64,000 bases of DNA from an uncultured Actinomycetota bacterium (GCA_963770565.1 CAVYQE010000011.1:832001-896000), one strand, 5' to 3'; counted from the stretch's first letter, positions 41,887-52,380 are shown. Numbers and translations: made by a program. Notes: a model not told the origin generated them from the letters alone.

Positions 41887-42309
41887 ATGACAACTGGCGA
41901 GGCATCGGTCGACTGGGATGCGCTGCGCGAGATCGCGATCGAGACCGCGGCCAAGGCCTATGCGCCGTACTCGCACTTGCATGTCGGTGCGGCCGGGCTG
42001 ACCGATCGCGGCGAGATTGTGGTCGGCTGCAACGTCGAGAACGCTTCCTACGGGTTGACGCTGTGCGCGGAGTGCGGCCTGGTCTCAGCGCTGTCGGCGT
42101 CGGGTGGATCGCGACTGCTCGCGGTCAGCGTCGTCGCCGGCGACGGCCAGCCGTTGACGCCCTGCGGGCGCTGCCGTCAGCTGCTGATGGAGCGCGGTGG
42201 GCCCGACCTGCTGCTCGACGCCGGGCCGGGAGCGGCGCCGGTGCGGATGGCCGACCTGCTTCCGGGCGCGTTCGACAGCGACACCCTGGTCGCCAGGCAG
42301 GAGTCGTGA
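41887..42309 (+). CDS. cdd: Cytidine deaminase
   Basis: AYAPYS, NVENASYGLTLCAE, PCGRCRQ. Confidence 0.95.
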   Translation: MTTGEASVDWDALREIAIETAAKAYAPYSHLHVGAAGLTDRGEIVVGCNVENASYGLTLCAECGLVSALSASGGSRLLAVSVVAGDGQPLTPCGRCRQLLMERGGPDLLLDAGPGAAPVRMADLLPGAFDSDTLVARQES

Positions 42310-43586
42310 GCGCCGGGTTCGACGCGGTCGACGTCATCCGGGCCAAGCGCGACGGCGGTGAGCTCTCCGACCCGCAGATCGACTGGATGATCGGTGCCTA
42401 CGCGGCCGGCGGGGTCCCGGATGAGCAGATGTCCGCGCTGTTGATGGCGGTGTTCTGGCGAGGTTTGTCGCCGCGGGAGCTCACCACCTGGACCGCAGCG
42501 ATGATCGCGTCGGGGGAGCGGTTGGACCTCAGCGGGCTGTCCAGGCCGACCGTCGACAAGCACTCGACCGGCGGGGTCGGCGACAAGGTGTCGCTCGTGC
42601 TGGCCCCACTCGTGGCGGCCTGCGGTGCCGCGGTCCCGCAGCTGTCGGGACGCGGCCTCGGCCACACCGGCGGCACCCTGGACAAGCTGGAGTCGATCCC
42701 GGGGTGGCGGGCCAGCCTCAGCGTCGCCGAGATGACCGCGCAGCTCGAGGACGTCGGTGCGGTGATCTGCGCGGCCGGTGCCGGCCTTGCCCCGGCCGAC
42801 CGCAAGCTGTACGCGCTGCGCGACGTGACCGGGACGGTCGAGTCGATCCCGCTGATCTCGGCATCGATCATGTCCAAGAAGATCGCGGAGGGCACCGCCG
42901 CGCTCGTGCTCGACGTGAAGGTCGGCACCGGCGCGTTCATGCCCGACCTGCACAGTGCGCGGGAGCTGGCCGCGACGATGGTCGGCCTCGGCCAGGCCCA
43001 CGGGGTCGCAGTCCGGGCCCTGCTCACCGACATGGACACCCCGCTCGGTCGTACCGTCGGCAACGCGCTCGAGGTGCGTGAGGCGGTCGAGACCCTGCAC
43101 GGCGGCGGCCCCAACGATCTGCGCGAGGTCACGGTCGCGCTCGCCGCCGAGATGCTTGCTGCGGTGGGCATCGATGCCGATCCGGCCGCGGCGCTCGACG
43201 ACGGGTCCGCGTTCGCGGTCTGGGAGCGGATGATCGCCGCGCAGGGCGGCGACCCGGACGCCGACCTGCCGAGTGCCGCCAACGTCGAGACCGTGGTCGC
43301 GGACCGAAGCGGAGTGGTCGCGCGGCTCGACGCCCGCGGCGTCGGGGTAGCGGCCTGGCGACTCGGTGCCGGCCGGGCCCGCAAGGAGGATGCGGTGGAC
43401 TTCGGGGCCGGCATCGTCTGCCTGGTCCGCCCGGGCGACGAGGTCGCCGCCGGCGACGTACTGCTCGAGCTGCACACCGACGATCCGGGCCGGTTCGGCC
43501 GGGCCCGCGAGAGCCTCGAGGGCGCAATCGTCATCGCGGACGCCGCACCGGCCGCCCGCCCGCTCGTGCTCGAGCGGATCGGCTGA
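42306..43586 (+). CDS. deoA: Thymidine/pyrimidine-nucleoside phosphorylase
   Basis: [33 protein letters not shown]. Confidence 0.95.
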   Translation: MSAGFDAVDVIRAKRDGGELSDPQIDWMIGAYAAGGVPDEQMSALLMAVFWRGLSPRELTTWTAAMIASGERLDLSGLSRPTVDKHSTGGVGDKVSLVLAPLVAACGAAVPQLSGRGLGHTGGTLDKLESIPGWRASLSVAEMTAQLEDVGAVICAAGAGLAPADRKLYALRDVTGTVESIPLISASIMSKKIAEGTAALVLDVKVGTGAFMPDLHSARELAATMVGLGQAHGVAVRALLTDMDTPLGRTVGNALEVREAVETLHGGGPNDLREVTVALAAEMLAAVGIDADPAAALDDGSAFAVWERMIAAQGGDPDADLPSAANVETVVADRSGVVARLDARGVGVAAWRLGAGRARKEDAVDFGAGIVCLVRPGDEVAAGDVLLELHTDDPGRFGRARESLEGAIVIADAAPAARPLVLERIG

Positions 43587-43627
43587 GTGGTGTCCGAGCC
43601 GCGACGAGCCGCACGGTAGCCTGCCGA

Positions 43628-44719
43628 ATGCCCGCGCGCACCCTCGACGTCGCACAGATCGCGGCGGTCCCCAAGGTCCTCCTGCACGACCACCTCGACG
43701 GCGGGCTGCGCCCGACGACCGTCATCGAATTGGCCGACGAGGTCGGCTACCGAGGATTGCCCGACACCGACCCGCTGGTGCTGGCGAGCTGGTTCGCCGC
43801 CGAGACGCCGAAGCGCGACCTGGTCCGCTATCTCGCCGGCTTCACCCACACCGTCGCGGTCATGCAGACCGCCGACGCGCTCCGCCGGGTGGCACGGGAG
43901 TGCGCCGAGGACCTCGCCGCGGACGGGATCGTGTACGCCGAGGTGCGCTTCGCTCCCGAGCTGCACACCGAAGCCGGCCTGCGGCTCGAGGAGGTCATCG
44001 AGGCCGTGCTCGACGGCTTCGCGGCCGGAATGGTGACCGCGCGAGCCGAGGGTCACCCGATCGTCGCCCGGGTGCTGCTCACGGCGATGCGGACCGCGGC
44101 CCGGTCGATGGAGATCGCGGAGCTCGCGATCGCCTACCGCGATCGCGGGGTGGCCGGCTTCGATGTCGCCGGTGCGGAGGCCGGCTACCCGCCGACCCGG
44201 CACCTCGACGCCTTCCATCTCGTGCAGCGCGCCAACTTCCACTCCACCCTGCACGCCGGCGAGGCGTTCGGGCTGCCGTCGATCTGGGAGGCGTTGCAGT
44301 GGTGCAACGCCGAGCGGCTCGGCCACGGCGTACGGATCATCGACGACATCACAGTCGGCGCCGACGGGCGGGCCGAGCTCGGCCGGCTGGCCGGCTACAT
44401 CCGCGATCGCCGGATCCCGCTCGAGCTGTGCCCGACCTCCAACGTCCACACCGGGGCAGTGGCGTCGCTCGCCGAGCACCCGATCGGTCTGCTGCGTCGC
44501 CTTCAGTTCCGGGTGACGGTCAACACCGACAACCGGCTGATGAGCGGGGTCACCCTGTCATCGGAGCTGGCCCGCTGCTGCGACACCTTCGGCTGGGGCT
44601 GGTTGGACCTGCGCTGGCTCACGATCAACGCGATGAAGAGCGCGTTCTGGCCGTTCGACGACCGGCTCGAGCTCATCAACAGCGTGATCAAACCGGCGTA
44701 CGCCGAGGTCTGCGGCTGA
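43628..44719 (+). CDS. add: Adenosine deaminase
   Basis: LHDHLDG, HAGE, RLGHG, CPTSN, NTDN. Confidence 0.94.
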   Translation: MPARTLDVAQIAAVPKVLLHDHLDGGLRPTTVIELADEVGYRGLPDTDPLVLASWFAAETPKRDLVRYLAGFTHTVAVMQTADALRRVARECAEDLAADGIVYAEVRFAPELHTEAGLRLEEVIEAVLDGFAAGMVTARAEGHPIVARVLLTAMRTAARSMEIAELAIAYRDRGVAGFDVAGAEAGYPPTRHLDAFHLVQRANFHSTLHAGEAFGLPSIWEALQWCNAERLGHGVRIIDDITVGADGRAELGRLAGYIRDRRIPLELCPTSNVHTGAVASLAEHPIGLLRRLQFRVTVNTDNRLMSGVTLSSELARCCDTFGWGWLDLRWLTINAMKSAFWPFDDRLELINSVIKPAYAEVCG

Positions 44720-44725
44720 CCTCCG

Positions 44726-44835
44726 CCCCGTTCCAGCACACAACGCCCTCGCCCGAATCGCCTACCCAGGCGGTGACGGCGGCGGGCGGGCCTGAAACGG
44801 CGGGTCGCGGGGGAGCGTTGTGTGCTGAAACGGGG
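44726..44835. repeat. REP/MITE-like family A, copy 2
   Basis: CCCCGTTCCAGCACACAACG ... CGTTGTGTGCTGAAACGGGG between convergent genes. Confidence 0.78.
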
Positions 44836-44858
44836 ATCGGACCGGTTGGTCGCGCGGC

Positions 44859-45728
44859 TCAGACGCCGGTCGGGTGCCAGACCGTCTTGATCTCGAGGAA
44901 CGCGGTCATCCGGCTTAGGTCCGGCGCCGCCGACCAGTCCGGCTCGGTCGCGGCCCGGCGCAGCACCCGCTTGACCGTGTCGGCAGCGGAGCGCTCGAGG
45001 TCGTCGGCGAGGCCGTCCGCACCGGCCAGGTCGAGGGCGTCGACATCGTGGTGCGAAGCCAGCCACGGCGCGAGCTCCGGCACCTCGCCGGTCAGCAGGT
45101 TGACGACGCCGCCCGGCAGGTCCGACGTGGCGAGGACCTCGGCGAACGTGATCGCCGGCAGTGGCCGCTGCGTCGACGCGATCACCACGCAGGTGTTGCC
45201 GCTGACGATGACCGGCGCGACGACCGACACCAGGCCGAGCAACGACGACGACGGCGGCGCGATGACCCCGATGACTCCGGTGGGTTCGGGCACGGAGAAG
45301 TTGAAGTACGGCCCGGCCACCGGGTTGGCGGCGCCGAGCACCTGGCTGAGCTTGTCGCTCCAGCCGGCGTACCAGACCCAGCGGTCGATCGCCGCGCTCA
45401 CCTGGGCGTCCGCGGCGCGCTCGTCGATGCCCTCGGACGCGGCTACCTCGGCGACGAACTGGGCCCGCCGGCCTTCGAGCATCTCCGCGATCCGGTACAG
45501 GATCTGGCCGCGGTTGTAGGCGGTGGCGCCCGACCAGCCGGGCTGCGCCTTGCGCGCCGCAACGACGGCATCCCGCAGGTCCTTGCGCGAGGCCAGCGCG
45601 ACGTTGGCAATGAATCCGCCGTCGGAACCGGAGATCGGGTAGGTGCGGCCGGACTCCGACCGGGGGAACGCGCCGCCGATGAACAGCTTGTAGGTCTTGC
45701 GGACCTCGATCCGGTCGTCAGTGGTCAA
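44859..45728 (-). CDS. Short aldehyde-dehydrogenase-like protein lacking the catalytic domain
   Basis: KTYKLFIGGAFPRSESGR, EPTGV, LPGGVVNLLTG, EIKTVWHP; ~289 aa, no ELGG or catalytic Cys. Confidence 0.85.
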   Translation of the reverse strand: MTTDDRIEVRKTYKLFIGGAFPRSESGRTYPISGSDGGFIANVALASRKDLRDAVVAARKAQPGWSGATAYNRGQILYRIAEMLEGRRAQFVAEVAASEGIDERAADAQVSAAIDRWVWYAGWSDKLSQVLGAANPVAGPYFNFSVPEPTGVIGVIAPPSSSLLGLVSVVAPVIVSGNTCVVIASTQRPLPAITFAEVLATSDLPGGVVNLLTGEVPELAPWLASHHDVDALDLAGADGLADDLERSAADTVKRVLRRAATEPDWSAAPDLSRMTAFLEIKTVWHPTGV

Positions 45729-47151
45729 GGTAGGCCCCCAGCCCGTGCCGGCCGCCCTCGCGGCCGTAACCCGATTCGCTGTAACCACCGAACGGCGAGG
45801 CCGGGTCGAACCGGTTGAACGTGTTGGCCCACACCACGCCGGCCCGCAGCTTGTTCGCCATCCAGAGGATCCGCGAGCCCTTGTCGGTCCAGATGCCGGC
45901 CGACAACCCGTACGGCGTGTTGTTGGCCTTCGCGACCGCTTCTTCCGGGGTGCGGAAGGTCATCACCGCGAGCACCGGTCCGAACACTTCCTCCTGAGCC
46001 ACCCGGTGGGCGGGCGTGACGTCGGTCAGGACGGTCGGTGCGAACCAGTAGCCGGTTGTGGGCAGGTCGCACGGCGGCGACCACCGGGTCGCGCCTTCGG
46101 TCTCGGCGATCGCGGTCAGCTCGGTGATCCGCTCGAGCTGCGCAGCCGAGTTGATCGCGCCGATGTCGGTGTTCTTGTCGAGCGGGTCGCCGAGCCGCAG
46201 GTGCAGCAGCCGCCGCTGCAGCGCGTCGATCGTTTCCTCCGCGATCGACTCCTGGACCAGCAGCCGCGAGCCCGCGCAGCACACGTGTCCCTGGTTGAAG
46301 AAGATCCCGTTGACGATTCCCTCGATCGCCTGGTCCAGCGGCGCGTCGTCGAACACGATGTTCGCGGCCTTGCCGCCGAGCTCGAGGGTGAGCCGCTTCG
46401 GGGTGCCGGCCACGGTCTTGGCGATCTGCTTGCCGACCTCGGTCGATCCGGTGAATGCGACCTTGTCGACGCCCGGGTGCGCGACCAGGGCCTGGCCGAC
46501 GCTCGGGCCGCCGTTGATGATGTTGACCACGCCAGGGGGCAGGTCGGCCTGCTGGATGATGTCGGCGAGCGCGAGCGCCGACAGCGGGGTGGTCTCGGCC
46601 GACTTCAGTACGGCGGTGTTGCCCGCCGCGAGTGCGGGGGCAAGCTTCCAGGCCGCCATCAGCAGCGGGAAGTTCCACGGCACCACCTGGGCGGCGACGC
46701 CGAGCGGCTGCGGGTCGGCGCCGAACCCCGCGTACCCGAGCTTGTCGGCCCAGCCCGCGTAGTAGAAGAAGTGCGCGGCGGCGAGCGGTACGTCGACGTC
46801 GCGCGACTCGCGGATCGGCTTTCCGTTGTCGAGGGTCTCCAGGACCGCGAGCTCGCGGGCCCGCTCCTGGATCAGCCGGGCGATCCGGAACAGGTATTTC
46901 GACCGCTCCCGGCCCGGCATCGGTCGCCACACCGTGTCGGAGGCCCGGCGCGCGGCGGCCACTGCAGTGTCGATGTCGGCGGAGTCCGCGAGCGCCACCG
47001 AGGCGAGCACCGACTCGTCGGCCGGATTGACGCTCTTGAACGTGCCCCCGTTGCCGTTGGTGAACCGGCCGTCGATGAACATGCCGTAGGACTCGCGCAG
47101 CCGCGCGGTGTCCCGTGACTCAGGCGCAGGGGAGTACTCGAACTCGCTCAT
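45718..47151 (-). CDS. Aldehyde dehydrogenase
   Basis: PWNFP, FTGSTEVG, LELGGK, NQGHVCCAG, EEVFGP. Confidence 0.95.
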   Translation of the reverse strand: MSEFEYSPAPESRDTARLRESYGMFIDGRFTNGNGGTFKSVNPADESVLASVALADSADIDTAVAAARRASDTVWRPMPGRERSKYLFRIARLIQERARELAVLETLDNGKPIRESRDVDVPLAAAHFFYYAGWADKLGYAGFGADPQPLGVAAQVVPWNFPLLMAAWKLAPALAAGNTAVLKSAETTPLSALALADIIQQADLPPGVVNIINGGPSVGQALVAHPGVDKVAFTGSTEVGKQIAKTVAGTPKRLTLELGGKAANIVFDDAPLDQAIEGIVNGIFFNQGHVCCAGSRLLVQESIAEETIDALQRRLLHLRLGDPLDKNTDIGAINSAAQLERITELTAIAETEGATRWSPPCDLPTTGYWFAPTVLTDVTPAHRVAQEEVFGPVLAVMTFRTPEEAVAKANNTPYGLSAGIWTDKGSRILWMANKLRAGVVWANTFNRFDPASPFGGYSESGYGREGGRHGLGAYLDH

Positions 47152-47240
47152 CGCTGCACCCTCACCGGGCGCAGCGATGCAGAGGCGCCGATCACATTGG
47201 AGCGAGCCACCTTCGCTCCGCTTCGGACTCGCTCATCGCT
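47142..47240. repeat. MIRU-like intercistronic insert bounded by a 14-bp direct repeat
   Basis: ACTCGCTCATCGCT at 47142-47155 and 47227-47240; two internal hairpins. Confidence 0.6.
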
Positions 47241-48199
47241 CAGTCCACCGTCACGTAGTGCGGGCCGGAGTAGGTGCCGGTCCGCAGTTTCAACCGTTGC
47301 ATCAGCAGATCGTTGAGCAGGCTCGAGGCGCCGAAGCGGAACAGCCGCGGGGTCAGCCACTCGTCGCCGGCCACCTCTTTGACCGCGACCAGGTAGTGCA
47401 GCGCGTCTTTCGACGAGCGGATCCCGCCGGCCAGCTTCACACCGCGATAGTCGCCGGTAACCGCCGCGAAGTCGCGGACCGCGCCGAGCATGGTGACCGC
47501 GACCGACGGCGTGGCCGACGGGCTGATCTTGCCGGTCGAGGTCTTGATGAAGTCGGCGCCGGCCGCCAGCGCCAGCCACGACGCTCGGTGCACGTTGTCG
47601 TAGGTCGCCAGCTCGCCGGTCTCGAGAATCACCTTCAGGTGCGCCGAGCCGCACTCCTGCTTGACCGCGACGATGTCGTCGTACACCTGGGCGTAGCGGC
47701 CGGACAGGAACGCGCCGCGGTCGATGACCATGTCGATCTCGTCCGCGCCGGCGCTGACCGCTTCGCGGACGTCGGCCAGCCGCACGGCCTGCGAGGCACG
47801 GCCGGACGGGAATGCGGTCGCCACGCTGGCCACCGCGACGCCGGTGCCGGCGAGGTGCCCGACCGCTTCGGCGATCAGATCCGGATAGAGACACACCGCC
47901 GCCACCCGCGGGCACTGCGGGTCGGTCGGGTCCGGGTGGACCGCCTTCGCGCACAGGCTGCGGACCTTGCCCAGGGTGTCGTTGCCCTCCAGCGTGGTCA
48001 GATCGATCATTGCCACCGAGGTGTCGAGACCCCACTGCTTGGCGTCGGTCTTGATGCTGCGCGACCACAGCATCGCGGCCCGCTGCTCGACGCCGACCTG
48101 ATCGACCGGCGCCAGCCCGCGCAGGAACCGGCGCAGCGACGCGTCGTCGGCTCCCGCCAGCTCCGGCAGGGAGTCGCTGGACGGTCGCGCCGTGGTCAT
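47240..48199 (-). CDS. deoC: Deoxyribose-phosphate aldolase
   Basis: IDLTTL, AFPSG, EIDMV, LKVILETGEL, FIKTSTGK, RFGASSL. Confidence 0.96.
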   Translation of the reverse strand: MTTARPSSDSLPELAGADDASLRRFLRGLAPVDQVGVEQRAAMLWSRSIKTDAKQWGLDTSVAMIDLTTLEGNDTLGKVRSLCAKAVHPDPTDPQCPRVAAVCLYPDLIAEAVGHLAGTGVAVASVATAFPSGRASQAVRLADVREAVSAGADEIDMVIDRGAFLSGRYAQVYDDIVAVKQECGSAHLKVILETGELATYDNVHRASWLALAAGADFIKTSTGKISPSATPSVAVTMLGAVRDFAAVTGDYRGVKLAGGIRSSKDALHYLVAVKEVAGDEWLTPRLFRFGASSLLNDLLMQRLKLRTGTYSGPHYVTVD

Positions 48200-48795
48200 C
48201 GGGGCTCGGTCGCGACCAATGCGCCGCCGCGCTTGACCTTGGGCGGCGGACGCCGAAGGCGGCGCGGGAACAACGCCCGCATGAAGGCGTACAACGCGAT
48301 CCCGCGAGCATTCGCCTTGCCGTACTTCGCGGCCACCGCGCGCCTGGCCCGGCGGCCGTTGGTCGCCCCGTCGAGGAACATCATCGCCAGGCTGAACAGC
48401 GCGATGTAGTTGTCGGCCGTGCGGATCGCGGTGTTGGGGATCAGCGAGGCCAGGAACACGACCGCGATCAGCCCGAAGAAGACCTGGCCGTAGGTGAAGC
48501 GGGAGTCGATCACGTCACGGGCCAGCCGCTTCTCCGGTCCCGCATCGCGGGCCGGCAGGTTCCGCTCGTCACCGGTCACCAGCGCCTGCCGGGCGGCGAT
48601 CCGTTCCTGGCGGCGCTTGTCGCGGACCAGCGCCGCGGCTTCCTTGCGGTTCTTCGGGGTCTGGTTGCGCCTGGCCTGGCGGGCCGCGGCGCGCTTCGGC
48701 GTCGGGCGGCCCTTGCCGGTCGGTTCGTCCAGTTCGCCGTCGAGATCGACCGAGTCGGTGGGGCCGTCCTTGACCGACGACCGCCGAAGGAGCAT
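48196..48795 (-). CDS. DUF3043 family membrane protein
   Basis: GKGRPTPKR, GDERNLPARDAGP, RRLRRPPPKVKRG. Confidence 0.88.
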   Translation of the reverse strand: MLLRRSSVKDGPTDSVDLDGELDEPTGKGRPTPKRAAARQARRNQTPKNRKEAAALVRDKRRQERIAARQALVTGDERNLPARDAGPEKRLARDVIDSRFTYGQVFFGLIAVVFLASLIPNTAIRTADNYIALFSLAMMFLDGATNGRRARRAVAAKYGKANARGIALYAFMRALFPRRLRRPPPKVKRGGALVATEPR

Positions 48796-48933
48796 CACGG
48801 CGCCGAGTCTACGGATGATCAGGCCGTGTTCAGCATCGTGACTAGGCTTGAAGGCCCCCGGGGGCATCGTGCCCTGCGGGACCGAGGCTGGACGCAGCCG
48901 CCGGGCACGGGCGTAGGAGAGGTCGGGACCGAG

Positions 48934-49749
48934 ATGGGCATGGGTAAGCGGCTGTCCTTGATCGTGAAGTCGAAGGCGAACAAACTGCTGGACAAGCACG
49001 AGGATCCGCGCGAGACCCTCGACTACTCCTACGAGAAGCAGTTGCAGCTTCTTACGCAGGTACGCCGTGGAGTCGCCGACGTCGCGACCAGCCGCAAGCG
49101 TCTGGAGATCCAGATGCAACAGCTGCAGGTCAGCGCCGACAAGCTGCAGTCGCAGGCCCAGCAGGCGGTGACCGCCGGCCGCGACGACCTCGCCCGCGAG
49201 GCGCTGACCCGCCGCGCCGCGGCCAACACCCAGCTCGCCGACCTGCAGACCCAGCACGCCGACCTGCAGGCCCAGGAGGAGAAGCTGACCCAGGCCTCGC
49301 AGCGGCTGCAGGCCAAGGTCGACGCCTTCCGCACCCGCAAGGAGACGATCAAGGCGACCTACACCGCGGCCGAGGCCGAGACCAAGATCGGCGAGGCGGT
49401 GTCCGGCATCTCAGAGGAGATGGGCGATGTCGGCCTCGCGATGCAGCGGGCGCAGGACAAGACCCAGCAGATGCAGGCGCGTGCCGGTGCCGTCGACGAG
49501 CTGCTCGCCTCGGGCGCGCTCGACGACGTGACCGCCGGACCGGGCAGCGGCGGCGACGACATCCAGCGCGAGCTCGACTCGCTCTCGGCGGGCAGTGACG
49601 TCGACGCCGAGCTGGCCAAGCTGAAGAGCGCTCTTCCGGCCGGCGAAGCGCCGGCCGCGATCGCCAGTGGCGACTCGGCCCCGGCCGACGCAGCCGCCGC
49701 TCCGGCTGAGCCGCAGGCTGCGCAGCCGGAATCTGGGGAGCAGTCGTGA
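48934..49749 (+). CDS. pspA: PspA/IM30 family protein
   Basis: EDPRETLDYSYEKQ, long coiled coil, ARAGAVDEL, DVDAELAKLK. Confidence 0.92.
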   Translation: MGMGKRLSLIVKSKANKLLDKHEDPRETLDYSYEKQLQLLTQVRRGVADVATSRKRLEIQMQQLQVSADKLQSQAQQAVTAGRDDLAREALTRRAAANTQLADLQTQHADLQAQEEKLTQASQRLQAKVDAFRTRKETIKATYTAAEAETKIGEAVSGISEEMGDVGLAMQRAQDKTQQMQARAGAVDELLASGALDDVTAGPGSGGDDIQRELDSLSAGSDVDAELAKLKSALPAGEAPAAIASGDSAPADAAAAPAEPQAAQPESGEQS

Positions 49750-50024
49750 TCGCGCGCATCCTCGGCGAAGGCCAGTACGACGTACCGGACAGCGCGCTCG
49801 ACGAGCTCGAGACGCTCGACGTCGCCGTACAGACGGCGAGCGACGGCGGTGACCAGGCCGACTTCACCCGGGCGCTGACCGCACTGCTCGACCGGGTGCG
49901 TGCACTCGGCACGCCGGCCGCCGACGACTACATCGGGGCCTCCGACCTCGTGCTTCCCGGCGCCGACTTCACGTTGGCCCAGGCGGCTGACCTGTTCACC
50001 GAAGAGGGACTGATACACGGATGA
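49746..50024 (+). CDS. PspA-associated protein PspAA
   Basis: MIARILGEGQY, SDLVLP, EEGLI; coupled to pspA. Confidence 0.82.
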   Translation: MIARILGEGQYDVPDSALDELETLDVAVQTASDGGDQADFTRALTALLDRVRALGTPAADDYIGASDLVLPGADFTLAQAADLFTEEGLIHG

Positions 50025-50950
50025 GCACTAACGGGCGGATCCGCCCGGACCGCGGCCTGACGGCCCGGATGACGCTGACCATCTTCCTGCTCGGCGCGCT
50101 GTACGTCGCCGTCATGGCGATCCTGATCGCGGCCGGGCTCAACGCCGGCGTCGTGATCGTGATCGCGGTCCTCGTGCTGTTCGCGCAGTACTGGTTCTCG
50201 GACCGGATCGCGCTGTATGCGATGCACGGCCAGATCGTCACGGCCGAGCAGGCGCCTGAGCTGCACGGGATCGTCGACCGGCTGTGCGCACTTGCCGACA
50301 TGCCGAAGCCCACCATCGCGATCGCCCGCGCGCCGTACCCGAACGCGTTCGCCACCGGTCGCAACCCGAAGCGCGCGGTCGTCTGCGTGACGACCGACAT
50401 CATGAGCCGGCTCAACACCGAAGAGCTCGAAGGCGTGCTGTCCCACGAGCTCTCGCACGTTGCGCACCGCGACGTCGCGGTCATGACGGTCGCGTCGTTC
50501 CTCGGCGTCGCTGCCGGGCTGGTGACCCGGTTCGCGTTCTACGGCGAGATGTTCGGCGGCGGTTTCGGTGGCGGCCGCAGCAACAACAACAACCAGAACG
50601 GCGCGGCCGTCATGGCCGTGGTCATGCTGGTGTCGATCGTGGTCTACGCGATCTCGTTCCTGCTGACCCGTGCGTTGTCGCGCTACCGCGAGCTGGCGGC
50701 GGACCGGTCCGGCGCGATCCTCACCGGCCGGCCCTCGGTGCTCGCGTCGGCGCTGCAGAAAGTCAGCGGCGACATGGCCCGGATCCCGACCCACGACCTG
50801 CGCAGCGTCGAGCCCTTCAACGCGTTCTTCTTCAGCCCGGCGCGCGCGAACGGCGTCAGCATCTCCTCGCTGTTCTCGACCCACCCGTCGTTGGAGAAGC
50901 GCCTCGAGCAGCTGGCGAAGATCTCGGTCGAGCTCGGTCAACCCGCCTGA
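50021..50950 (+). CDS. htpX: Zinc metalloprotease HtpX
   Basis: PNAFATG, HELSH, SRYRELAAD, STHP. Confidence 0.94.
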   Translation: MSTNGRIRPDRGLTARMTLTIFLLGALYVAVMAILIAAGLNAGVVIVIAVLVLFAQYWFSDRIALYAMHGQIVTAEQAPELHGIVDRLCALADMPKPTIAIARAPYPNAFATGRNPKRAVVCVTTDIMSRLNTEELEGVLSHELSHVAHRDVAVMTVASFLGVAAGLVTRFAFYGEMFGGGFGGGRSNNNNQNGAAVMAVVMLVSIVVYAISFLLTRALSRYRELAADRSGAILTGRPSVLASALQKVSGDMARIPTHDLRSVEPFNAFFFSPARANGVSISSLFSTHPSLEKRLEQLAKISVELGQPA

Positions 50951-50962
50951 GCGGGCGCACAC

Positions 50963-51541
50963 ATGGGTCTCTTCGACACGATTCTCGGGCGCACCAAACC
51001 GGTGAAGCCCGACCTCGACGAGCTGTTCGCGTTGCCGTCGGCCGCGGTGACGTTGCAGGCGGCCGGCGACCTGCGCCCGACCGGGTGCGGGTCGGTGTGC
51101 GTGAAGTCCGCGGAGGGCGGCGCCTTTGCCGGCCTTGGCGAGCAGATCGAGCAGTTGTTGGCCGTCGATGACGACAACGGCAGCCGCAAGTACGACCAGA
51201 CCACCGACAGCTACGGGTTCAGCTGGCTCACCCGCCACACCAGCCCGGATGACGTGACCGGGCTGGTCAACGACCTGCATGCGGTCAACTCGACGCTCGA
51301 CGAAGCCGGCTTCGGGCCGGCGCTGCTGTGCACGCTGGTCGCGTTCAGCGACGGCAAGGGTCCCAACGTCGGGCTGGTCTACCTCTACAAGCGCGGCACC
51401 TGGTATCCGTTCGCGCCGACCGGACCCGACAAGCGGGATAACGCCCGTGAGCTCCAGGTTCGTGCGATGCTCGGCGACGACTTGAAGGTCGAGGACGACC
51501 TGTCCCGGTGGTTCCCGGTCTGGGGCGCGCCAGGCTTGTAG
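50963..51541 (+). CDS. PspA-associated protein PspAB
   Basis: MGLFDTILGR, DLHAVN, YLYKRGTWYPFAP, RDNAREL. Confidence 0.8.
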   Translation: MGLFDTILGRTKPVKPDLDELFALPSAAVTLQAAGDLRPTGCGSVCVKSAEGGAFAGLGEQIEQLLAVDDDNGSRKYDQTTDSYGFSWLTRHTSPDDVTGLVNDLHAVNSTLDEAGFGPALLCTLVAFSDGKGPNVGLVYLYKRGTWYPFAPTGPDKRDNARELQVRAMLGDDLKVEDDLSRWFPVWGAPGL

Positions 51542-51595
51542 GCAGCGGGCGCGGTCGCGCCGGTCGGTGCGGAGGGGGAGTCGGGTGGTCGGCCG

Positions 51596-52267
51596 ATGAT
51601 CGACGTACTCGGGGTGCTCGCGAGCCCCAGCCCGTCGCCGAGCCCGTTGCCCGGGGTGTTCGGCTCGCTCGAGCCGACCCTGCGGCACTACGGCTATCTC
51701 GCGGTCGGCGGCGTGCTGCTGCTGGAGAACATCGGGCTTCCGGTGCCCGGCGAGACCATGCTGATCGCCGCCTCGCTGTACGCCGCGACCGGCCAGCTCA
51801 ACATCGTGCTCGTCGGCATCATCGCGGTCCTCGCGTCGACCGCGGGCAGCGCGATCGGCTACGCGATCGGGGTGTACGGCGGACGGCCGCTCGCCGAGCG
51901 CTACGGCAAGTACGTGATGCTGACCGCCGAGCGGCTGGACAAGACCGAGGACTTCTTCCGGCGCCGCGGCTGGGCGGTCGTGCTGCTGGGCCGGTTCGTC
52001 GAAGGGGTGCGGCAGGCGGCCGGCATCATCGCGGGGATCTCCGAGATGAGGTTCCCGCTGTTCCTGACCTACACCCTGGTCGGAGCCGCGCTGTGGGTGG
52101 CGACCTGGTCGGCCGTCGGTGAGCTCGCCGGCGACCACGTGACGACGATCAGCCACTACGCGACGTACGTCGCCGAAGGCCTCGCATTCATCGTCGTACT
52201 GCTGATCATCCGCGCGGTGCTTCGCTCGCGGCGACGCCGCGCGGAGGCTGGCGAGGCGCAGGCCTAG
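51596..52267 (+). CDS. DedA family membrane protein
   Basis: ENIGLPVPGE, GRFVEGVR, AGISEM. Confidence 0.9.
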   Translation: MIDVLGVLASPSPSPSPLPGVFGSLEPTLRHYGYLAVGGVLLLENIGLPVPGETMLIAASLYAATGQLNIVLVGIIAVLASTAGSAIGYAIGVYGGRPLAERYGKYVMLTAERLDKTEDFFRRRGWAVVLLGRFVEGVRQAAGIIAGISEMRFPLFLTYTLVGAALWVATWSAVGELAGDHVTTISHYATYVAEGLAFIVVLLIIRAVLRSRRRRAEAGEAQA

Positions 52268-52369
52268 TCCCCCGTACCAAGCAATGTCACATTGCCCCGC
52301 ACTTTGTGGGGGTGATGTGACATCACCCCCGAATTGGCTGGGCAATGTGACATTGCCTGGTACGGGGGA
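52268..52369. repeat. REP-like family C, copy 3
   Basis: Boxes at 52281, 52312 and 52342; outer IR TCCCCCGTACCA / TGGTACGGGGGA. Confidence 0.85.
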
Positions 52370-52380
52370 ACGTTGATCGG

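Noticed and set aside
49928-52345. Very long antisense or alternative-frame ORFs (e.g. 805 aa here, 751 aa at 12761-15016, 717 aa at 43366-45519)
   Set aside because: Shadow ORFs from high GC3 codon bias overlapping well-supported genes. Only the lipB part of 12761-15016 is real.
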